In this document: positions 1 through 9,846 of the stretch, piece after piece
Layout: the number at the start of each line of letters is the position of its first letter
Position numbering within the stretch: the stretch's first letter is position 1
IMG/VR virus record: IMGVR_UViG_3300037493_007233
Span: 9,647-73,646 of that record
Direction: 5' to 3' (one strand)
Source of the DNA: a virus
Length of the DNA stretch: 64,000 bases
Notes under the pieces: generated by a model
Told to the model about the DNA's origin: nothing
Databases searched by the model: none
The model's input: the letters and a program-made list of their open reading frames with translations, nothing else
Made by a program: the position numbers and the translations under genes

Positions 1-680
1 ATTATCCCAACGTCTATACCTGATTTTTTTAGCAGCCTTATGTTGCTTAACGTCCTTTCCTTTTTCTCTAAAGAATTTGCCCAGGAACCTATCCAAAAAA
101 TTGATCTTTTTGGCTCAGGATTATATTTAATGAAGCACCAGCTGCCATCGTCAAAAATTTCTACTGGCTGTCCTTGACAAAAATCTCCAATGAAATCTCC
201 AACAAAACTGTAATCGTGTCCAGAAATTATACCACCATACTTGACCTTAGGCATCCAAGCTTTCATGTCTTCTCTAAAGAATTCTTCAGCATGGTCAGCA
301 TCAATATAAACACAGTCGAGATAATTGTCCTTAAACATTTCACTTGCATCTAGAGATTTTGATTTGATCTTAACTATGTTATCATAATTTTTCATCATCT
401 CATCAAACTCAGATTCTGCTTGCCTTATATTGTCGTCGTTGTATTCCCAAGAATATGGTGTCCAATAATCTACGCAATACAACTTCTTAGCATGTAAAGC
501 AAAAAGTTCCGAACTAATTCCTCTGAAAGAACCAACTTCACAAATGACAGATTCTGCAGAAATCTTATTTCTGATAAGATCTAGCAATCCCTTAAGATAA
601 TTACCGGGATGAGTGCTTTCATCATCCATTCTTCCCTGGCCAAGTAGTTCATTAATTCTTTGTTCTCTTATTCCGTTCAT
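1..680 (-). CDS. Class I SAM methyltransferase (Methyltransf_24-like) with extra C-terminal domain; runs off the window edge
   Basis: Not in ORF track; ATG at 678-680 gives MNGIREQRINELL...ICEVGSFRGISS...DCVYIDADH...KYGGIISGHDY, open to position 1. Confidence 0.8.
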   Translation of the reverse strand, partial: MNGIREQRINELLGQGRMDDESTHPGNYLKGLLDLIRNKISAESVICEVGSFRGISSELFALHAKKLYCVDYWTPYSWEYNDDNIRQAESEFDEMMKNYDNIVKIKSKSLDASEMFKDNYLDCVYIDADHAEEFFREDMKAWMPKVKYGGIISGHDYSFVGDFIGDFCQGQPVEIFDDGSWCFIKYNPEPKRSIFWIGSWANSLEKKERTLSNIRLLKKSGIDVGI

Positions 681-774
681 TTTTATTTTTGTGATTTTCT
701 TCGTTGGCTTACCGTGCGAATTATATAGGATTCATTTCTATTTATTTCAAAACAATACCTAAATAAATAAAGCA

Positions 775-1497
775 TTAGTCACGCTTCAACACACTACTCC
801 TACTATATTTTATAAAATTATTAACATCGATGTTTTCCCTATTAAAGGATTCGGAATAGTTCAGACCTAAAATATCTTTTGCAAGGTCTTCGCTATGCTG
901 GTGCTCGTGGATTGAAGGGTTTCTATCAGATCTAAAATATCTCCACCAGCTTTGAACAAGCCATCCGGGATTTTGATTGAATTCCTCATAAGAAGAATCC
1001 CGGACAAATCTTCCTATATTATATTTAGCGTAAATAAAGTTTTCGCAAGGAGAATTTAAATCAATAAAATTCTCTTTACCCCTGGATAATGATATACGGT
1101 CCAAAAGAAATTCGGGAACACCAAATATTAAATCGCATTCATGTTTTTTTCTAAATTCGTAACAAACGTCTATCCAGACCTGAAGCTCGTGGAAGCAAGT
1201 TGTTTGTAGATCTATTCTAATTGTTTTATTTTTGGCGTTATAAACTAATTCCTCAACTAAAACCATTCCTTCGCCTTCAAGAAAACAAAACCATTGGATC
1301 TTTGCATCACAGAAAAACGATCTATTAAAACAAAACCAATGATGTTTTTTAAGATTTTGAATACTCGAGTGAAACAAATATTCACCACTCTCAGAAATTT
1401 TTTCGCTAACGATACATGTAAATTCTTCGACATCAGAGAATTTTTCAGGGATGTCGATATTTTCGATGTAAAGGCCGTCGATGAATTTTGCTATCAT
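775..1497 (-). CDS. Aah/TibC-type heptosyltransferase N-terminal-like protein (degenerate); paralog of 14353..14988
   Basis: FIDG start and YNAKNKTIRIDL...EFRKKHECDLI segment resemble the strand-loop-strand O-heptosyltransferase N-domain; LGD motif absent. Confidence 0.45.
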   Translation of the reverse strand: MIAKFIDGLYIENIDIPEKFSDVEEFTCIVSEKISESGEYLFHSSIQNLKKHHWFCFNRSFFCDAKIQWFCFLEGEGMVLVEELVYNAKNKTIRIDLQTTCFHELQVWIDVCYEFRKKHECDLIFGVPEFLLDRISLSRGKENFIDLNSPCENFIYAKYNIGRFVRDSSYEEFNQNPGWLVQSWWRYFRSDRNPSIHEHQHSEDLAKDILGLNYSESFNRENIDVNNFIKYSRSSVLKRD

Positions 1498-3080
1498 TTT
1501 TTATAAAATATTTTTCCACCTATTATTAGAAAATCTATAGTTTCTTTTTCCAAGTGGAAAAATGCTTGATCTGGGGAATCTATAATAGGCTCTCCGTGGC
1601 CATTAAATGAGGTATTTAGTAAAAGAGGTATACCGGTAATTCTGTAATAAGATAAAATCAGATCATGCCATTCTGGAGATGTATTTTTATTTACAAATTG
1701 CGGTCTCCCTGTAAAATCAACCGAGTGGATACACGCTGGGATTCTTCGTCTCCAATTTTCTTTGACTGTATAACAATTCGTCATAAATTCAGCACTATAC
1801 GATGATTTTTCTGCATTCTCAAAAATTTCAGATGCTTTTTCTTTTAGTACCGCTGGGGCAAAGGGCATAACCTCATGTCTTTCCAATCTTGTATTTAAGA
1901 TATCATGGGTATTCTTATCGGTGGCTTGTACTATTATAGATCTAGCACCAAGTGATCTGGGACCAAATTCAAATCTGCCGTTAAAAAACCCACCTATCTT
2001 TCCTTCAGATAAAAGAAAAGCAGCTTTTAAAGATTCATAGGGTTCCGACTTTAAATCATATTTCAATGACTCTTCATCTATGAAATCATTACTATATTTC
2101 TTTCCCCAAAAAACATTTTCAAATCTCTTTGGTTTAGGCCAATCCCCAATTTTATGAGCAACACTTAAAGCGGCTCCAAGAGCAATCCCTTCATCTCCCA
2201 TTGGTGGGAGGATATAAATTTCTTCTATGAAATCTAATTCGTTTATCTTTTGATTTAATTTGACATTAGCAAAAAGACCCCCGGCAAAACATATTTTTGA
2301 TGAATGTTCAGGGAAGATACTATTCAGATCTCTTATGAATTCTAAAATTACTTCTTCAGTAATAAACTGTAAATTATAAGCAAAATCAAATCTTTTTTTT
2401 GTAGTTGAAAATTGTCCCAATTTTCTCAATGAATCGATTAAATGTATTGCTAATGCTGGGTTCCCTGGTGGTAAAAAATTCAGGCTTCCAATCCCACCGT
2501 AGCTAATAACCGATTTAAGCATTTTATTAAGATCAGGATCATATTGGCCGTTACCCGCCATTCCCATAATTTTTCCTTCGTCTTTATTTGGCTTCCATCC
2601 GAATCCATAACAAGATTGTGCCCAGAGCTGAGCAAGGCTAGCGCATTTTCCTATGTGCAAATTTTTTATCAATTGCATATTTCCATTTTCTGCAACCCAA
2701 ATACTGCCAAATGTTCCTGTGCCTCCACCATCATAAGTAAAAACTATGCATTTTCCTTCAAACCCGCTAGTTAGATAAGCAGCTTTAGCATGGCACTCGT
2801 GATGATCTATGAGCCTAATACCTATTTCGGGTAGACCTGCTTCACGGATAAATTTAAAACAAGCAGGAGAACCGGTAGCTATATAGTCAGCATCAACCAT
2901 ATTACATCCTGTTTCTTTTTCTACCTCAGCTTTGGCTAAAAAGGGGAAAGAAAATGGTTCGTCGCCAGATTTAATCCTGCTCAGCCTTTCCTCTTGAATG
3001 CCACTTAAAATTTCACCATCCTTTATAAAAAGTATTGATGCATCATGGGCTCCGGAGTAAAATCCATAAATCGAGGACAT
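1494..3080 (-). CDS. O-carbamoyltransferase (NodU/CmcH/TobZ family), copy 1
   Basis: GAHDAS, EERLSRIK, HHECH, DGGG, EGKIMG, GGLFANVKLN, GDEG, EFGPRSLG, PFAP, NTSFNGHGEPI. Confidence 0.93.
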   Translation of the reverse strand: MSSIYGFYSGAHDASILFIKDGEILSGIQEERLSRIKSGDEPFSFPFLAKAEVEKETGCNMVDADYIATGSPACFKFIREAGLPEIGIRLIDHHECHAKAAYLTSGFEGKCIVFTYDGGGTGTFGSIWVAENGNMQLIKNLHIGKCASLAQLWAQSCYGFGWKPNKDEGKIMGMAGNGQYDPDLNKMLKSVISYGGIGSLNFLPPGNPALAIHLIDSLRKLGQFSTTKKRFDFAYNLQFITEEVILEFIRDLNSIFPEHSSKICFAGGLFANVKLNQKINELDFIEEIYILPPMGDEGIALGAALSVAHKIGDWPKPKRFENVFWGKKYSNDFIDEESLKYDLKSEPYESLKAAFLLSEGKIGGFFNGRFEFGPRSLGARSIIVQATDKNTHDILNTRLERHEVMPFAPAVLKEKASEIFENAEKSSYSAEFMTNCYTVKENWRRRIPACIHSVDFTGRPQFVNKNTSPEWHDLILSYYRITGIPLLLNTSFNGHGEPIIDSPDQAFFHLEKETIDFLIIGGKIFYKK

Positions 3081-3098
3081 CTAGTGTAATATTTTAGA

Positions 3099-4070
3099 TC
3101 AGATTTTTATGAATGATGTGGTTTCAACCCAAAATTTTCTCTCGTTTTCATCGGATAAATCTATAGTACATAAAATATCTTCACCCAATTTCATAATAAG
3201 AATTCCAAATGTGTTTTCCTCATAAATTCTAAAATAACAATATGTTCCGACGTGGACGATATTTTCAGAGGTTCCACTCAAAGTGGTTATGTAAATTTTA
3301 ATGTCTTCTCTGGAAATGTTCTGAATAAAGATATTAACACCTTTATCGTAAAAGAGAGCCCATTCTGTCTTTTTAGATTTTTTGGGATTAACGTAAGAAC
3401 CTATCCTATAATCGTCGTGTTCGTAATGGATCAGGTCTTTTCTCAAATTTGATAATAAATAACTCTGCAGGTAAACAGAGTCATCATGTTGTAGCTTACT
3501 TATCCTTTCAGCTATTTCTATATCCTTAGTTAGAAGCTCGTGAACATTTATCTTATTTAAATTGATAGACCAGCTATCCCCGAGGATTCTTCCGTCCCTT
3601 GCATATCCAACAAAATCAATAAAATTGTGCTTTAATTTTCTTTCTCTTTCTTGAATGTCAAGAATTTCAAATTTTGAATCATATGTTAAAAAATGGGCAA
3701 ATGAATATCCAAATTTAAGTGCAGTAATTAATCCATTATAAACATTGTCAACGTGTGCCTGAGCATAGCATGGGTCTCCACCATGCATAAAAAAAGGAGA
3801 TTCTATTATAAATTCGTTTGTCTTGATATAAAATACACCCCGCTGGCTCAAATCCCTATTTTCAACAGGAACTAGTTTATTGTTTGGATCGTAAAGAAAA
3901 GCTCTCGATTCCGATACTATATGATCTGGTACTTTTGTGTGAGAGCTCAATATGTAATCATACCCAGACCTTTTAATCCAGGAACACAAGTTATGTAGCA
4001 AATCAATCTGCTCAAAATCCCTAATGTGACAAGCTAAAATAAAGACAGTGTCTTTTTTGAAAAAATTCAT
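3099..4070 (-). CDS. Hypothetical protein, possibly glycosyltransferase-associated
   Basis: 323 aa ORF; N-terminus resembles the C-terminal domain of 1..680. Confidence 0.6.
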   Translation of the reverse strand: MNFFKKDTVFILACHIRDFEQIDLLHNLCSWIKRSGYDYILSSHTKVPDHIVSESRAFLYDPNNKLVPVENRDLSQRGVFYIKTNEFIIESPFFMHGGDPCYAQAHVDNVYNGLITALKFGYSFAHFLTYDSKFEILDIQERERKLKHNFIDFVGYARDGRILGDSWSINLNKINVHELLTKDIEIAERISKLQHDDSVYLQSYLLSNLRKDLIHYEHDDYRIGSYVNPKKSKKTEWALFYDKGVNIFIQNISREDIKIYITTLSGTSENIVHVGTYCYFRIYEENTFGILIMKLGEDILCTIDLSDENERKFWVETTSFIKI

Positions 4071-4128
4071 ATCATATAATTAGACAGTCTTTATATGGTG
4101 CGGAGAACAAAAAGTTTTATCGGAACAC

Positions 4129-4162
4129 AAAAAATCCCCAGTCGATTAATGACTGGGGATTT
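4129..4162 (-). terminator. Intrinsic terminator
   Basis: 12-bp stem AAATCCCCAGTC/GACTGGGGATTT with U-tract on the minus strand. Confidence 0.85.
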
Positions 4163-4170
4163 AAGATTAA

Positions 4171-4402
4171 CAGGATCGGGATTCGTATTCTTCGCCTCGG
4201 CAGGTCTAACCCTTTTAACGTCTTTGGTTTAGCTTTCAAAGCAACACCTTCCGGTGTTCCCTTTACTCGTCGCCCTATTTGGGGTGGTTGACGCTTTGTT
4301 TTTTTAGGCTGGACTTAGAAACCAGTTTTTTCCCGAATTACCGAAGTAATTCTAAGGATTAGCATAGTTCATGTATAGATAAATTTTGCTGAATCGATCC
4401 TA
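4171..4402 (-). ncRNA. Candidate structured ncRNA (possibly Y-RNA-like) downstream of a Ro/TROVE-like gene
   Basis: Ends pair (AGGAUCGAUUC/GAAUCCCGAUCCU, 11 bp with CC bulge); internal C(UUCG)G and GGAA tetraloop hairpins; no ORF in the track; followed by a terminator. Confidence 0.65.
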
Positions 4403-4409
4403 AAGTTTT

Positions 4410-5843
4410 TTAAGCTATGATATTTATATACCTTTCTGATAAAATTGTTTCGTCCATAATTTGTTGAGGTGATACAATTTCTCCCTTCAACAAACTTTTC
4501 AAAATAGATGGTGAGAAACCAGAAACCAAAGCAGTTCCTGATTCATTGAAAGATACTGGGATGTTTTCTCCTCTAGATTGGATATTCCAATAAACAATCT
4601 CTGGCATTTTATAACCAGCATCACCAAACATTTTTTGGATCATTTGCTGTGCAGTTGGGCTCCATTGGGTGTTACTAGAAAAAACACTGCTGCTATGTAT
4701 TGCAGCATCAAACTCCATGTCAGAGAGAACCAATATCTTTGTTGGCATTTCGCTTTCTGGTACATTGTTTTTAACAGCTTGATCTAGAATAAGTGTAAAC
4801 ACTTTTTGCAAATCCGTGTTATACCCCCAATCTGCTCTTCTCAACTGAATAAATCTTTCGTTTAACGTTCCCTTCAAAATCTGCAATTGTGGTTCTGCAC
4901 TAAAAGTAATAAATGCATCCTTAAATGCTCCTTCATTTCTTTCGGAGATATAAAGTCCAAGAGAGATTGAAACGTCCATGCACGAAACATTTCCGTTACC
5001 CCCTGCTCCGGTCATCATAGACCCAGAAACGTCAACCACCGGAAGTACCCTTTCGGTAGATCCCTCCATGAAGTTAGGAAGGGCTTTCCATTGGGCATTC
5101 GCGACGTCTTTATTTCCACGCTCCAAAGATTTTGTGACGTCATAAGGATAAACTGCACCAGCGTTGATTTTCTCTTCGCCCTTAGTCAGTTTCTCAACAT
5201 AAAGTTTATATCTCTCACCGTCCCTTTTCCAAAAAGCTTTTTGGTATCTTGCAGATGCCAAAGATGGAAGTTTTCCGTACTCGATTGCTTCCCATTGATT
5301 AGCACACATTTTTGTCTCCACCACGTTAGTTAGGTAAACTAATGTTTTGCGGTATTGTTTTGGAGACATTTTCATAAATTCACGCAATCTCTGAGCAATT
5401 GTGCCTTTGCGAGGCATCCATTTAGCACATAGACCGTTGCCTGCTCCGATAGCAATTTGGATCTGTGAAAATGCTTCTTCTTCCAGCTTTGTTCCCGCCA
5501 GGACTAATAGATCATCCCAACGACCGTATTCTGAAATAAGACCGATGTTCTTCTTCAAAGTCTCGCTTTGGTTTTCAACAAGATACGCAAGGATGTCCTT
5601 AAATATTTGTCTTTCCCCGGCACCTTCTCTTACGTCTCTAGCCCAAAAAAGAATTTTCATGGCACGAGTAGGGTCTTCGTTGAAAGCCAAAGAAAAATTC
5701 CTGATCAATCTTTCCTTGTTCTGCCCTCTCATTGCACCAATTGTAAAGAATAGATCTACACAAAAGTTCAGTGAAGAAGAATTTGTCGCCATACCGTTCT
5801 CTGTTACAGCGTCTTGGGTTTGAAGTGCATCTACTAATTTCAT
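4410..5843 (-). CDS. DUF2828-type TROVE/Ro60-like protein with C-terminal vWA domain
   Basis: TENG, ARDVREGAGER, YGRWDDL, AKWMPR, MIDAS DVSGSM, TDLQKVF, LSDMEFD, VSGFSP. Confidence 0.85.
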   Translation of the reverse strand: MKLVDALQTQDAVTENGMATNSSSLNFCVDLFFTIGAMRGQNKERLIRNFSLAFNEDPTRAMKILFWARDVREGAGERQIFKDILAYLVENQSETLKKNIGLISEYGRWDDLLVLAGTKLEEEAFSQIQIAIGAGNGLCAKWMPRKGTIAQRLREFMKMSPKQYRKTLVYLTNVVETKMCANQWEAIEYGKLPSLASARYQKAFWKRDGERYKLYVEKLTKGEEKINAGAVYPYDVTKSLERGNKDVANAQWKALPNFMEGSTERVLPVVDVSGSMMTGAGGNGNVSCMDVSISLGLYISERNEGAFKDAFITFSAEPQLQILKGTLNERFIQLRRADWGYNTDLQKVFTLILDQAVKNNVPESEMPTKILVLSDMEFDAAIHSSSVFSSNTQWSPTAQQMIQKMFGDAGYKMPEIVYWNIQSRGENIPVSFNESGTALVSGFSPSILKSLLKGEIVSPQQIMDETILSERYINIIA

Positions 5844-5886
5844 AACTATCTTGGAACTTATCTATATGTTTACTTTTCTTATTGTT

Positions 5887-6978
5887 TCACAATTTTCTAA
5901 ACTCTGGCTTAATAATTCTCCAGATTGTGGGCCCGATGTCCTTGCCGTCCAGAAGACCGAATAACAGGGATGGATGCTTGAATCCAGCAGTAGCAAATTG
6001 TGCAAACAACTTTCTAGTTCCAAGTCTTTTTATGGATTCAAAATGGTCCTCGTACTCAGCCTTTAAAGCAGAGAATTCATTTAAAAGTTCAGTTTCGTAT
6101 TCTTTAATCTTATTGAAAAACTCATCAGGTACACCTTTCAGTAAATTGTCCATAGATTCACCGCTAGACAAAACTTCCCAGACTGATGTAGTCGATAAAT
6201 TAGTCATGATCTTATGAAGGGCAACGTAATCTTCGAATTTTATTTTCATCCGGAAGTTACCAGGAAAAAACCTTAAAACAAAACCTTCTTTGTTTTTTTC
6301 ATTCTTTTCCTTCAAGGACTTGTAAAGATCATCCGAAAAATTAAAGTGTTGTTCTGTCTTAACAATATCTGATTTCTTGATTCCATTTGCAGCAAAAATA
6401 GAACAAGCGGTTGTCCAATGTAGTTCAGTTTCATCCGTTGGTTTCCAACCTGCAAATCCTTCGTTTAGGACTGCTGACAAGAAGGTTATTTTCTCCTTTC
6501 CATAGTCCACAACGATACGATTTTCAGGATATATGATTTCTACAAGATAAGCGTACTCTTGTAGCCAAGCTCTATCAAATACCGGATACTTTCTTTTAAT
6601 GATTTCCATTCCTTTGATTGCCTGTTCAGACGTAAATGAACCCCGAGTAGCCATTATCCAGTCACCTTCGTAGCAGAACAGTATACCCAAAGAACCGTCC
6701 ATCTTTTCCTGGATGTAAACGTAATCACCCTTGGATGGAATAAACCCCTTACCAACAAGCTCTTCGTAGTTGAAGAATTTATTAAATGGGCGAACTAGGA
6801 TAGTTCCCGATTTATCCTCGGTAATCAAACCTCTACATTGAAGGGTCACATCGTCCCAAAGCCCATCATACTGAACTTTTTCAGTGTAATTCCAAATAGT
6901 TAAGGGAAGACTTGGGTGTGACTGCTTTGAAAGCAATCCGTTCTCAAAGTACGTATTTAGTGTAGCTATATCCATCAC
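5887..6978 (-). CDS. T4 Rnl1-like RNA ligase
   Basis: CRGLI, PFNKFFN, EKMDGSLG, ATRGSF, EGFVLR, RMKIKFEDY. Confidence 0.88.
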   Translation of the reverse strand: MMDIATLNTYFENGLLSKQSHPSLPLTIWNYTEKVQYDGLWDDVTLQCRGLITEDKSGTILVRPFNKFFNYEELVGKGFIPSKGDYVYIQEKMDGSLGILFCYEGDWIMATRGSFTSEQAIKGMEIIKRKYPVFDRAWLQEYAYLVEIIYPENRIVVDYGKEKITFLSAVLNEGFAGWKPTDETELHWTTACSIFAANGIKKSDIVKTEQHFNFSDDLYKSLKEKNEKNKEGFVLRFFPGNFRMKIKFEDYVALHKIMTNLSTTSVWEVLSSGESMDNLLKGVPDEFFNKIKEYETELLNEFSALKAEYEDHFESIKRLGTRKLFAQFATAGFKHPSLLFGLLDGKDIGPTIWRIIKPEFRKL

Positions 6979-6991
6979 AAGGAATTTACTA

Positions 6992-6999
6992 CAAATGTA
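6992..6999 (-). promoter_or_regulatory. Bacteroidetes-type -7 promoter element TAnnTTTG (TACATTTG)
   Basis: Just upstream of RNA ligase start; same motif at 9804 and 12731. Confidence 0.55.
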
Positions 7000-7027
7000 A
7001 AGGAATGTTTCGTACTAAAAAAATGTA

Positions 7028-8461
7028 CTAAAATCTTTTAATCACATAAAGCTTTTTACTTGCTCTTGTATAAGCAGTATACTTAATCCTATTCCTCTCT
7101 ATCACATCAAGATTCAAATCGATGTCATCTTCTGAAAGGAAAGTCACGGTGTATGTGCTACCCTGAGATTTGTGGGCTGTGATCGAATATGCGTAAGAGA
7201 CGTCCGCAAAAGTTCTTAGAAAATCATAATACTGGATCCACGATTTATCCTTGCCTTTTTTTGCAATTGCCTCAGCTTTCAAAAAGTTAGCAGCTTTTTG
7301 AAAATCAGCTTGGCTTGATTCGTGAAGAATGTCTATTACCTCTTTACACCTTTCCCCATTATCGTCTAAATAATAGACTTCAGTTTCGTAGTACTTGAGA
7401 TCAACAAGTTCGTGGTCAATCGAGACCTTCGAATTCTTGATCTTGTACTCATGAACAGTAAATTCGTCGTTGGTATTGAACAGGATCTCTGACTGCCAGA
7501 TGATTGGATTGTTTGCAATCAATTTTTCACCTACCAGTATTTTAGAAGTCAGTGCATCTTCTCCATAAATTACCTTTCTAACAATTCCATTCATTGTGGC
7601 AACTGTCTTATTTCTCCAAGCTATGACCTTACAATATTCAGAATTTTTCTCGAATTCCTCTGTTTTGAAATATCTGGCTAGTATATCAGAAAATGACCTC
7701 CGTACTTCTACGTTATTGATGTTTATGAATTCAATTCCTTCGCCTTTGGCATTTACCTTATTTTCGAGAGGAACCAAAGAAACAGATCTTCCGACATTTT
7801 CTCTTATGAGAACAGAGGAGGAGATAATTGGGTTATCCAGTTTTTGCCTCATGATGGTACTTAGCTGGAGTGTCTTGATACCATATTGTTCCAGGAGTTC
7901 ATCCATAAACGGAATGCAATCCGGTCTTCCTACTGGTGGGATTTGGGCAGGATCTCCCATACAGATAATTTTCGTCTTATCCCTTCTTTCAATTACTTTC
8001 TCAAATAGGTCATCGTTAAGCATAGAAACCTCATCGATGATAAGCAACTTGGTGGAATTTATGGCTGGTTTAAATCCTGTTTCTTGATCAGCAACAAATT
8101 CCTGCCTACCGTCCATTGTTATTCTTTCCTTTAATCCAAGTAATTTGTGGATAGTCTGAAAAGATAGTCTGGGGCTATATAAACCTGATGCCTGCTTGAT
8201 TACCCTGACTGATTTATTAGTCGGTCCCGTTACTGCAATTTTGTACCAGTCCTTGTTGGGATAAACCTCATCTAGGATGTAGTTGACAAGGAGACTGATG
8301 CAAAAAGTTTTTCCTGTTCCAGCCCAGCCTTTAAGAACAAAAATCCTGTGATCGTCTTTGTCCATAATATAGGTCAAAAGGCGTTCAAAAGCAATCCTCT
8401 GGTCCGTGTTCATCACGTCCAGGTTGATTTCAGGTTTCTTTATTTTTTTCTTAGTCTTCAA
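7028..8461 (-). CDS. dda: Dda/RecD-like SF1B DNA helicase
   Basis: GWAGTGKT, TIHKLLG, IIDEVSM, GDPAQIPPV, HKSQGST, YTAYTRA. Confidence 0.85.
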   Translation of the reverse strand: MKTKKKIKKPEINLDVMNTDQRIAFERLLTYIMDKDDHRIFVLKGWAGTGKTFCISLLVNYILDEVYPNKDWYKIAVTGPTNKSVRVIKQASGLYSPRLSFQTIHKLLGLKERITMDGRQEFVADQETGFKPAINSTKLLIIDEVSMLNDDLFEKVIERRDKTKIICMGDPAQIPPVGRPDCIPFMDELLEQYGIKTLQLSTIMRQKLDNPIISSSVLIRENVGRSVSLVPLENKVNAKGEGIEFININNVEVRRSFSDILARYFKTEEFEKNSEYCKVIAWRNKTVATMNGIVRKVIYGEDALTSKILVGEKLIANNPIIWQSEILFNTNDEFTVHEYKIKNSKVSIDHELVDLKYYETEVYYLDDNGERCKEVIDILHESSQADFQKAANFLKAEAIAKKGKDKSWIQYYDFLRTFADVSYAYSITAHKSQGSTYTVTFLSEDDIDLNLDVIERNRIKYTAYTRASKKLYVIKRF

Positions 8462-9057
8462 GATGGCATGTACAAAATAGTTGGGTTGTCCTTATGGACA
8501 TCAACCTCAGGATAAGATTTTCTAAATTTTGACAGATTAAATGGTCTTGTGATAATGTGGGTACCGTTCTTTGTAGGCAGGTATTTAACAATTGGTTCCT
8601 TCCCGGTTTGAGCCTGGAGTTCCTGAACAAGCAAAGCAAGATTTCCAATCTCTGCTTTATTTGGCCAATCTACCCAATCAATATCAATGATCCACTTTTT
8701 CTCGCTGTCTTTGCAATAAGCTCCACACACAGACTCATATGCTTTATGAACTGATCTAAAATCTTTGTTCATAATTTGGTCCGTTACCTTTTTAAGAGTG
8801 TGAAATGCCATAGACTCAAACGATCTTTTGTTCAGATTTATGCAAGCTCTGGCATTGTTAAAGTCACAAAGATTAATAATCTCTGGCATCTTACTTTCCA
8901 GATATTCCCAAGATCTTACGTAAAAGGTCTTGACAACATAAGAATTGGAACCAAGATCTGGATTTTCCTTTTTTCTCTTCAGAATTTGAAGGTGCAGGAA
9001 TTCATCACTAGATCCGAACTTTACCAAGTCTTTTATGATATCTAGATTGTTAATCAT
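8458..9057 (-). CDS. Hypothetical protein, possible AEP (primase-polymerase) fold
   Basis: IDID and TKNGTH motifs; likely start MINNLD at 9057, coupled to the upstream stop. Confidence 0.5.
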   Translation of the reverse strand: MINNLDIIKDLVKFGSSDEFLHLQILKRKKENPDLGSNSYVVKTFYVRSWEYLESKMPEIINLCDFNNARACINLNKRSFESMAFHTLKKVTDQIMNKDFRSVHKAYESVCGAYCKDSEKKWIIDIDWVDWPNKAEIGNLALLVQELQAQTGKEPIVKYLPTKNGTHIITRPFNLSKFRKSYPEVDVHKDNPTILYMPS

Positions 9058-9785
9058 TTTTTCTCCATTGTTGGTTTCAGCCAAAGAATACCGCTGAAGC
9101 AAAAATCGGCTAGTAGCGGGTATTTCATCAAAGTTTGCATAGTGAAGAAAGTATCAAACGAAAAACACTTAATCAGTTCTTCTCTAATTCTTTCCTGCGA
9201 AACAACCGCCATTTTGACTTCATAATCATAGTTAGAGATCACATTTTGCATTTCCTCTGGAATTGTAAATCTCTTAGTAATAGAAAATCTTATTGCTCTC
9301 AAAATTCTTAGCGGATCGTCATGAAAGGTAACCTCACACGGAAGTGGTGTAACCAAAACCCCAGCTTTTAAGTGTTCAATGCCGTCGAAGAAGTCTATGA
9401 TTTTTCCGTCATCGTCTTTTGCCAGTGCGTTCAAAGTGAAATCTCTTCTTTGCAAATCATCGAAAAGAGTTCCAGGTACTACAATAGGTGTTCTGGTAAA
9501 TGGAATATATCCTGTTTCTTTCCGAGCCATAACAAAATCTGCAACACCAGAATATTTGTGACTCAATGGAAATTTTGCTCGGATAGTGAAGCAGTCCCCA
9601 GTAACCAAAAAGATCTCAAATCCTTCCAGTCGAAGGAAGCTTTCTAGAATTCCAAATAAAGCGTGTGGTGAGCTTACATCTTTAAGTAAGCTATCATCAG
9701 CAACAGCAACATAATCGATGTCCTTAGATTTAAGACCTAAGATTTCGTCTCTAATACAACCACCTACTTCATAGAATTTGAACAT
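9054..9785 (-). CDS. tRNA nucleotidyltransferase / poly(A) polymerase (class II)
   Basis: VGGCIRD, KDIDY, DLQRRDFTLNA, DDPLRILRAIRF, ERIREEL. Confidence 0.9.
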   Translation of the reverse strand: MFKFYEVGGCIRDEILGLKSKDIDYVAVADDSLLKDVSSPHALFGILESFLRLEGFEIFLVTGDCFTIRAKFPLSHKYSGVADFVMARKETGYIPFTRTPIVVPGTLFDDLQRRDFTLNALAKDDDGKIIDFFDGIEHLKAGVLVTPLPCEVTFHDDPLRILRAIRFSITKRFTIPEEMQNVISNYDYEVKMAVVSQERIREELIKCFSFDTFFTMQTLMKYPLLADFCFSGILWLKPTMEKK

Positions 9786-9803
9786 ATATTTTTGTTTAAC
9801 TCA

Positions 9804-9811
9804 CAAAACTA
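9804..9811 (-). promoter_or_regulatory. Bacteroidetes-type -7 element (TAGTTTTG)
   Basis: Upstream of nucleotidyltransferase start. Confidence 0.55.
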
Positions 9812-9846
9812 ACTTTTACAAGCGTAATGAAAAATCGAATCTGGAT

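Noticed and set aside
4171-4402. tRNA, tmRNA or RNase P RNA
   Set aside because: No cloverleaf or CCA end, no tmRNA termini, no RNase P P4 signature recognised
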